DNA of 64,000 nt. It comes from Anaerohalosphaeraceae bacterium. Its GTDB lineage: Bacteria > Planctomycetota > Phycisphaerae > Sedimentisphaerales > Anaerohalosphaeraceae. Location: positions 64,001-128,000 of the forward strand of contig CAXXSL010000019.1 of the NCBI GenBank assembly GCA_963675525.2, written 5' to 3'. Below, piece by piece: positions 56,771-64,000 of this stretch. The notes beneath the pieces are model-generated. The model was given only the letters and a program-made list of their open reading frames with translations, did not search any database and had not been told where the DNA came from. Made by a program: the position numbers and the translations under genes. Each line of letters opens with the position of its first letter. Position 1 is the first letter of the stretch.

Positions 56771-58411
56771 TCAATTTGCCTTCAATCCAATTTGAAAAAA
56801 CAGATATAAACTGATCATAATCACTGCCAACAAACCCCACCCAAAGAACCCGCCGCGACCGAGACCCGGATTTTCACGATAAGTTTGGCGCAATGTCGGT
56901 AACGGTGTTTCAGACGCACTGTGCCGTGTTAAAAGAGAGACCAGTACCATAAACACCATGATCCCGCAAAACAGATAAAACGACAGCAACAGGAAGTGAG
57001 GGAAAATATCCTGTCCCGCCTCATTGGCAAACACATTGGTGATATCGCAAATCCCAACGGATAAGGAAACAACCGACCCCATAATCAAGGTCAGCAAAGC
57101 CGCTGTGTTCGTCGAACGTTTCCAGAAAATTCCCAGTACAAACACAGCTGAAACCGGCGGGGCCATGTACCCAATAATCCCCTGAAACAGGTTAAACAGG
57201 TTTGTTCCTTCGGCTTTGCTCAGAAGCCAGGCAATCCCCACGGCGAGCAAGGCTGAAACCACGGTTATTATTCGCCCGATCTGTTTGATTTTATGTTCCG
57301 TCGCATCCGGGGTCATCCAGCGCTTATAGATGTCCAACGTAAATATGGTACTGAACGAATTGAGCCCGGAATCCAGCGTTGAGACCACTGCTGCAACCAG
57401 CACGGATACAATTAATCCGACCAGACCGGGGGGCAAATAGGTATTCACCATTTTCAAAAAGACTTCTTTGTCATCGGCGATACCAGGCAGTAATTGAGCG
57501 GCAAAAATACCGGGTAGTAGGAAGATAAACGGCGGTAAAATTTTGAGGACAGCCGCAAAGAACGTTCCGCCCTGACTTTGCCGCAGATTACGTGCGCCCA
57601 AGGCCCGCTGTACAATCGTCTGGTCGGAGCACCAAAACCATAACGAAAGGACAGGATACCCCAGAACAAATGCATACCAAGGATTATCTGAACCGGCTGG
57701 GTGCAGTAGTTTCCATGTTAATTCCGGCGGTGTACTGCCGCATTGAACGTGCAGGAGGGTTGAAAAAGAATCCAGATGGCTTGCCGCAATGATTGAAAGA
57801 CAAGCCGCGCCAATAATCATCAGTATGGACTGAAATGAATCGGTCACCATCACGGCCACCAATCCGCCGGCGATTGTGAAACTGGCCGCGATCCCGGCGA
57901 GCACCCAGATACTGGTCATCAGTTCCCATCCCAGCAGTTGAGCTAACAAGGCACCACCTGCAAACAACGTTCCGCCTATCCAGAGCACAACTGTGCCCAA
58001 CAGCGCATAGAACGACATGAAGGTATAACAGCCTTGTCCGAAACGTTTGTTCATAAACTCCGGCATCGTGGAGATCTTCGTGTTCAGATAAAACGGCACG
58101 AACACCATACCCAGCAAAAACAGGAATATCCACGCCATCCACTCAAAATTCGCGGTCACCATCCCGGTTGTATATCCGGCCCCGCAGGTTGCGATCAAAA
58201 ATGTCGGCCCGATGTTAGTTCCAAAAATGCTTAAACCAACATTGCTCCACCCCATGGAACGGCCGCCAAGGAACAAATCTTCACTTTTACGATGACGATA
58301 GCTTACAAATCCGCCAATTCCCAGCAGGATCAGAATATAAACCACAAAGACCGTCATATCCAGCGGATGCATCGTTACGCCTGCGGCTAAGATATTCGAC
58401 AACTTAATCAT
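56771..58411 (-). CDS. SSS-family sodium/sugar symporter
   Basis: FLGGRSM.W..VGLS, TMPEF..KRFG, GGLVAVMVTD, WFWCSDQTIVQRAL. Confidence 0.93.
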   Translation of the reverse strand: MIKLSNILAAGVTMHPLDMTVFVVYILILLGIGGFVSYRHRKSEDLFLGGRSMGWSNVGLSIFGTNIGPTFLIATCGAGYTTGMVTANFEWMAWIFLFLLGMVFVPFYLNTKISTMPEFMNKRFGQGCYTFMSFYALLGTVVLWIGGTLFAGGALLAQLLGWELMTSIWVLAGIAASFTIAGGLVAVMVTDSFQSILMIIGAACLSIIAASHLDSFSTLLHVQCGSTPPELTWKLLHPAGSDNPWYAFVLGYPVLSLWFWCSDQTIVQRALGARNLRQSQGGTFFAAVLKILPPFIFLLPGIFAAQLLPGIADDKEVFLKMVNTYLPPGLVGLIVSVLVAAVVSTLDSGLNSFSTIFTLDIYKRWMTPDATEHKIKQIGRIITVVSALLAVGIAWLLSKAEGTNLFNLFQGIIGYMAPPVSAVFVLGIFWKRSTNTAALLTLIMGSVVSLSVGICDITNVFANEAGQDIFPHFLLLSFYLFCGIMVFMVLVSLLTRHSASETPLPTLRQTYRENPGLGRGGFFGWGLLAVIMISLYLFFQIGLKAN

Positions 58412-59198
58412 GCATTGACTCTTTCGTCGATTGCGGGGTCACCGGAATCATGGGAACCCAGATATCTTTTTCCCCATCCAGTGGTTGCTGGCACGGTCCG
58501 GTCTGAGCCCACCATCGCTGATTGACCGGATCTTCATTGTTCATCCGATTGTCTTTTTCGGAGTCGCTGCCCATATACTCCAGATAGAAAAACTCATGTA
58601 GTTGATTACCTATCTCAACTAAAAATATAGAGAAGTTGCGATTGTTGCCCCGAATCATCTGGTCGACGACGCCGGGCCAGACCGTCTGATGAAGGCTGCG
58701 GTAGTAACTTTCTTTTTCAGGTTTGATGGTCGTTACCATTGACAGGATCTGAGTCGGTTTGCGATCCACATCCAGGCCGCGAATATAGTTAATCCATTCC
58801 ATCTGCAGCCAGCAACATCCATATCGCGCGGCTCGCGGATGAGGAAGAATTAATGTCTTAGTCTCCGGAGCAACTGATTCGAACGATTCTGCCGCACTCA
58901 AATAGTCTTTCTTTCCTGAATATTCAAAATAAACCATAAACCAGACGCCGCCCTGAATCTCTCTTTTGAAACCGGTAAGATTTGAAATACCGGCTTTTTT
59001 TAATTTCTTACTTTCCATTTTGTCGCTAAGATCAGACAAAACCCGAGACAATGCCTCCTCATGATTGGGTTTAGCCTGGGCAATCAATCCCACATGCGTC
59101 GGTTTTCCCGATAGTAAATAATTTTCATAGGGCGAAAATGCAGATGCATCCGAAGAAACTATCGCCAGCACCAACACTATCCAGTATAGATTTTTCAT
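58404..59198 (-). CDS. L-rhamnose-mutarotase (RhaM/DUF718)-like protein with a signal peptide and a second N-terminal domain
   Basis: C-terminal IKPEKESYYRSLHQTVWP..NFSIFL..FFYLEY..NQRWW; N-terminal MKNLYWIVLVLAIVSSDASA. Confidence 0.75.
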   Translation of the reverse strand: MKNLYWIVLVLAIVSSDASAFSPYENYLLSGKPTHVGLIAQAKPNHEEALSRVLSDLSDKMESKKLKKAGISNLTGFKREIQGGVWFMVYFEYSGKKDYLSAAESFESVAPETKTLILPHPRAARYGCCWLQMEWINYIRGLDVDRKPTQILSMVTTIKPEKESYYRSLHQTVWPGVVDQMIRGNNRNFSIFLVEIGNQLHEFFYLEYMGSDSEKDNRMNNEDPVNQRWWAQTGPCQQPLDGEKDIWVPMIPVTPQSTKESMHD

Positions 59199-59224
59199 AA
59201 ATCGCCTCCTTTACCAAATATTGT

Positions 59225-61571
59225 TTAACAAATTAAAGGAACCTGCACTCCTTTTGAATCAATTTGATATAATGTGTCATATATCTTTATCTCAACAGGC
59301 TCACCTTCAATCAATTTAAAAGCAGCTTGTGTTGTGTCCACAACTACCTCAATGACGGCACCGTGATAATTTATCCTGAACTGATAGCGATTCCAGGCTT
59401 TGGCAATCTGCGGACGGAATGAAAGAACAGGACCGTCACTTCGCATGCCGCCGTAACCGCATACCAGATTTGCCCAGATGCCCGCCGCAGATGTCGCATG
59501 ATGGCCCTGCTCAGTGTTGCGGTTATAGTTATCCAGATCCAATCGGGCCCGCATAGGTGAAAAACTGATACGCCTGATCGGTCATTCCCAGTTCCAGTGC
59601 TAAAATAGAATGCAGCGACGGAGACAACGATGACTCGTGAATCGTTCGAGCCTCGTAAAATTCGTAATTGGCTCTTTTTTCTTCGGCGGTAAAATCATCA
59701 CTGAAGAAGAACATATGATTGAGTACATCCGGCTGTTTGATCATGTTCTTTCTAAAGATACGGATATACGCCCAGTTCTTATAAATGGGGATTTGGTCCA
59801 CCGGAACATCAGCAACTTCCACATGCGGCAAGTCAAAATAGCCCGCGTGCTGCTCAAATACCTTCGTGTCAGGATTTTGGACAATGCGCATTTTCTCGGC
59901 CATGTCTTCCCATGCTTTGGGTTCGGCCGGGCACAGCGAAACTTTTTCAATTGCCGCCTTGTAGCGGTCCGGAGCATTTGTTTTCATTTCCTCCAGCACA
60001 TCAAGCGTGAAAAGAAAGACTTTCTTCGCCAGGTAGTTCGTATAAAAGTTATGGTTCACCATCATGTGGAACTCATCCGGCCCCATGACACCGTAAAGAC
60101 CGAAGTCTCCGTTTAAGGGGCTGTAATCTCCCGCACTCGCATAGAAACGGGAAATCTGAAGAAGCATCTCGATGCCTTCTCGATACAAAAAGTCTTTGTC
60201 TTGGAGAATCTTGTCATATTGCCAGATCGCATAACCAATCGCTCCACTGATATGATGTTCCAGGTCCACATGCTGCCATGTGCCCGAATCCTCGTTCCCG
60301 GAAATGGTTGCAAAGGGATAACGTGCACCCCGGCAATCCAGATCCTGAGCTCGTTGAAGTGCTTGCGGAAGCGTGTGATAGCGATACATCAAGAGATTTT
60401 TTGCCGCTTGCGGATTGACAAACAAATGGATTCGATGGCAATAGATCTCGGTATCCCAAAACGCCCAGCCGAAATAAACCTCACCTGTCAGACCTTTACA
60501 GAGCGGATTTAAGCGGGGATTTTCTCCACGATAGGTTTGATAGCATGACAGAATGGAAAAACGCAGCCCCTGTAGCGTGTCGTCGTCGCCGTCAATATCA
60601 ACCGCAAAGCGATTCCAGACATCTTGCATGAATTCGGTATGTTGTTCATAGGCTGCATCAAACGTAACATCTGCGTACTGCTCGGTGAATGAGATCCCAT
60701 TTTTCCAGTTTTCATTAGTATGGTCGTTCTTTTCCCAGTGATTGATGACAATCTTATCAACACAGGCCGCCTTGTTTTTATCCAGAGATAGCGAAAATCC
60801 AAGACCAATGAATTTATCCTGAGACAGGACTTGCGGCGCAACCGATTCAGCAGTCGAAATGCGAAAGCCAGAGAATAGCTGAAAGCCCGTCCCCTTTGTC
60901 TGGGACATGATCTGGCAACTTGTATTGTCGGAAGCTTGCTTAACTTCATTCCAGAAATTTTCCCCTTTATCTGAAGCTGCTGAACCGGATGTTTCAGTCT
61001 GTGTCCAACCGGATGCAATCTCATAGCGGGTATTAAAATCAAGCCCCAGCACCACCTCAGCTTCCCCTGAAAAATTCATAGGCTCCAAGAGTATTCGTTG
61101 GCAGCCCATTTTCGTCGTATGCATATTCAAAAAACGGATGAACGTGATTTTTAGTTGACGCCCGGATTGAAGCTGCCAGACAAATTCCCGGGTATACACC
61201 AGCTTTTTCATGTCAAGGGTTCGCTTGAAGTCGCTGAATTTGACTGAAGCAAGATCGAGTTGCTCACCATCGATGGTAATGCGCGTATATAGCCAGTCAA
61301 CCGTGTTAATCATGGCACCGCTTTTGTCGATCATACCCTTAAAAAATTGATCATGGCCGATATCGAGATAATCATAAAGATGATTGAAATAGCTGCCTAA
61401 GAGATGGTCGCCGCTGTAGCCCTCTTCGAAATACCCTCGAACTCCCATGTGTTCATTGGAGACCGAAAAAATCGATTCACTCAGCCGTTGTTTTTCCGGA
61501 CAAAAACCTTCCTCTACGATGGTCCATGGATCCCCTTGATAATACTTTTGAGGGCGTTTCATCAAATGCAT
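59225..61571 (-). CDS. GH65 glycoside phosphorylase family protein, cytoplasmic; indel near 59550
   Basis: ESIFSVSN..GVRG..EEG, KGLTGE.Y.G..FWDTE, GPDEFH (general acid), IKQPDV and HESSLS (phosphate site); tail RLDLDNYN..G.H. Confidence 0.9.
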
Positions 61572-61632
61572 GTCTTTTTCGCTTTCATTAATACATTGTT
61601 TTTAAAGTAATTACAGTCCATGAAAAATCATG

Positions 61633-61652
61633 TTTACAATATCGATTGTAAA
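61633..61652. promoter_or_regulatory. Palindromic operator candidate upstream of the GH65 operon
   Basis: TTTACAAT-atcg-ATTGTAAA, about 60 bp before the GH65 start. Confidence 0.5.
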
Positions 61653-61713
61653 AAATCCGAATACAAAATTACAGAAAAATATATCATAAAAATCAAACAC
61701 TGGGTAACTGATG

Positions 61714-61740
61714 TGACCTGCTCCCCATTCTTGGTCTAGT
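61714..61740. mobile_element. Isolated IS3-family (IS407-group-like) terminal inverted repeat remnant
   Basis: TGACCTGCTCCCCATTCTTGGTCTAGT; no transposase attached. Confidence 0.45.
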
Positions 61741-61799
61741 CTCTATGCGAATGCTGCCGAAACAAATCCAACCGTGACCGTCACTGTGCAAATGCTGTT

Positions 61800-64000
61800 C
61801 TATTCGACAATCTGAAATCCCATTGTCGAACAGATGACGGCCTTATCCGGGAAGCGTTGTTGATAACGTTTTATGGCAGCCTTAAAAGCCGCCTGATTAT
61901 TGCCCGGGTTGTCACGGAATCCCTGTTGACGGGGAGATAGGTTGATACCGCCACTGGGTCCCTTACCGGTGCCGTCGGATTGAGGACTCCAGAAACGAAT
62001 ATCAATGATATCAACCACCGCCGCACGAGCGGGATCATTCAGGATGGCCTCCTGCACGTCATAGGTGCAGCTCAAGGCGGTCAGGACCTGTTTGCCGGTT
62101 TCTTTTTCCCATTCGCCAATCGTGTCCAGCCAGAACTGCGTGAATGACAGGGGGCCGGTGTATTCACCACTGGTCATGTGAATGACATTTGGACAATCGC
62201 TGAGAAACTCAAGGTGGTGACGAATATAGGCCTTGTGCAGTTCCCGGCGAACCGGGTGCGTTATATCATAGAACAAATGGGCCTGAAAGATGCGTTTGTC
62301 ACCGGCATAGGGGAGCAGGTTCAGGAAAGCCTGTGTCGTTGATATTGTTGGCCGAGCGCCAGGGGAAGTCGGCCCAGTGCGCGCCTGCCTCCAGAATATT
62401 GTGCTGAAAGTAGTGGTTGTTTAGCAGTACCAAACCCTTACACTCTCCCAGTTGGGCAAAGGTCCTGATTCGGTTGAAATACCAAGGATTGTAACGTGTC
62501 AGGTCATAGCGACTCAATCCGTCCCACGCCGTACCCTGGCCGCTGCGGGCAAAGGGCATTTCGTCGAAGGGAACCCAGACTTCACCATCGTTACGTCGAA
62601 TCCGCTCATGGTCTTGCCGCCGACGGTCGTACCACAGGCCATGGTGTTGATAGACCGCAACATAGCCGTTGTTGGCCAACTGCGTGGTCAGGGTGTCCAG
62701 ATCGTCTGTCCAGCCTTTGCCGACACGCCCGGGAACAAAACGGGTCAGTTCCGGTTGCGCCTGTTTGAATGCAATAGACTGCGGGACGGCACTGCTTCGC
62801 CACCAATAGGTATCCATCGTTCTGCCGGTCAGGGTTTGCCGTCAATGATCAGTTGCCCCTTGACTAAGGCAAGCTGTTTGGTTGCCGGACCCGGCTCAAT
62901 CGGTAAGAGATCGGGGTGTTGTTTGATGATTGTATCAATCGAGGGCACATCCTTGCACTCCAGCGGCAAGGCATACTGTTGCCGGCAAGCGTTAATGACC
63001 TCGGTTAGTTGAGGAGCCGGACGATTGGAATTGGCGACCATCATCTGGGCCTTGTCGACGCTGGGACGCGTTGATCCGGGGGGGTGAATGATGCCATCAC
63101 CAATAAAGGTCCCTGCCTCGTCACCGGCCCGGCGCTGCACCAGGGCCCGCATCAGGCTCTTGGGATCGACGAAATCGTTAAAGGCGGCCCAGTGGCCGTC
63201 TCCCTCAAAGAGGCCCCAGCAACCGATGGCCCAGTTTTGCCCCTGCGGCGGCTTATAACAGTCAAGCTGACTGGCGGTACACTGCCATAGCATGCAATTG
63301 ACGGCTGTCCAACCACTGAATTGCAGTTCCGTACCGCGATAACTTAGTCTCAGAGCGTCACCATCAATATTCACATTGTCATACAACACGCCTGTAGCCC
63401 AGGCGCCGATCGGACCGCTGTCGTCCAGGGCCATGCGCGCATCACAGTGTACAAAGGCGTTAGGACCTGCCGCACAATGTCCAACTGAGAAATCGTGACG
63501 GCCATGTTCGGAATAACAGCGAAGAAAGAGAGTCTGTTGACCGGCGGTAAAGAAAGTGTGCCGTCGCCAGCCACCATTCTCGGACACCGGTTCCAGAGAT
63601 TCACAATCGACTACCGTAACCCGGCTGGCACTTTCCCAAACCGATACGGCTGAGCCTGCAAAGTGACGGAAGGTCACGCCTCGTACCCAGGCGTCGCGCA
63701 CATGTTCCAGCGTAATACCCATCCAGGCGTGGTCCTCGTCCTTGGACCGTTCTTTGTCATAGGCCGAGATCAGTTGCAGGTTTTCTATGCCGACCTGGGA
63801 AATCCGACCCGGCCAAGTATAACGCACCAGGGTACCGCCGGTCCCATTAGGATTCAAATCCATGCTAAGCGGAGCGTCCAGGATCACTGTATTGTCCTTG
63901 ATGCTCTTGACCTGTCGATCCCAAATGATGTCCAACTCGCCAGCCTTCCAAACGCGAGGAGCCTTTTTCGCATTCCAGATCTTGGACATACCCATGGTCA
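61800..64000 (-). CDS. DUF6298-like pectin-associated protein with pectate-lyase-like beta-helix; 5'-partial, two indels
   Basis: DEDHAW..RDAWVR, RRHTFFT.GQQTL, GRHDF, GVLYDNV; then HHGLWYDRRRQDHER..FARSGQGTAWDGLSRYDL..FQHNILEAGAHW; then FYDITHPVRRELH..EYTGPL.F.QFWLD. Confidence 0.75.

Overview
A 64 kb carbohydrate-utilisation region. It most likely comes from an anaerobic Planctomycetota bacterium (Phycisphaerae, Sedimentisphaerales-like). That assignment is inferred from the H-X9-DG prepilin-type gene, a lamin-tail/CotH/dockerin giant protein and several UroD-like genes. Almost every gene is a pectin-related CAZyme, a sugar transporter or a sugar-catabolic enzyme: 3 PL1-type lyases, 2 CE8 esterases, an esterase-GH138 fusion, GH127, 3 GH2, GH78, a BNR/GH33-like protein, a GH141-like beta-helix, a GH65, 2 DUF5060/DUF4038 proteins, a DUF6298-like protein, 3 SSS, 1 GPH-MFS and 1 BASS transporter, a split transketolase, a PfkB kinase, a RhaM-like mutarotase and 3 UroD/MtaA-like methyltransferase-fold proteins. 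The enzyme set parallels the rhamnogalacturonan-II (RG-II) pathway of Bacteroides thetaiotaomicron, but no SusC/SusD or regulator is visible. The most striking module is a GH65-mutarotase-SSS-GH141-methyltransferase operon (about 52.5-61.6 kb), a candidate route for using 2-O-methyl-xylosyl-alpha-1,3-fucose, the RG-II linkage B. thetaiotaomicron leaves uncleaved. Many genes are split by indels, worst at 16.5-25.7 kb, probably long-read consensus errors. There are small IS3 and kbl remnants. No rRNA, tRNA or CRISPR array was seen. All family calls come from motif recognition and memory, not database searches.
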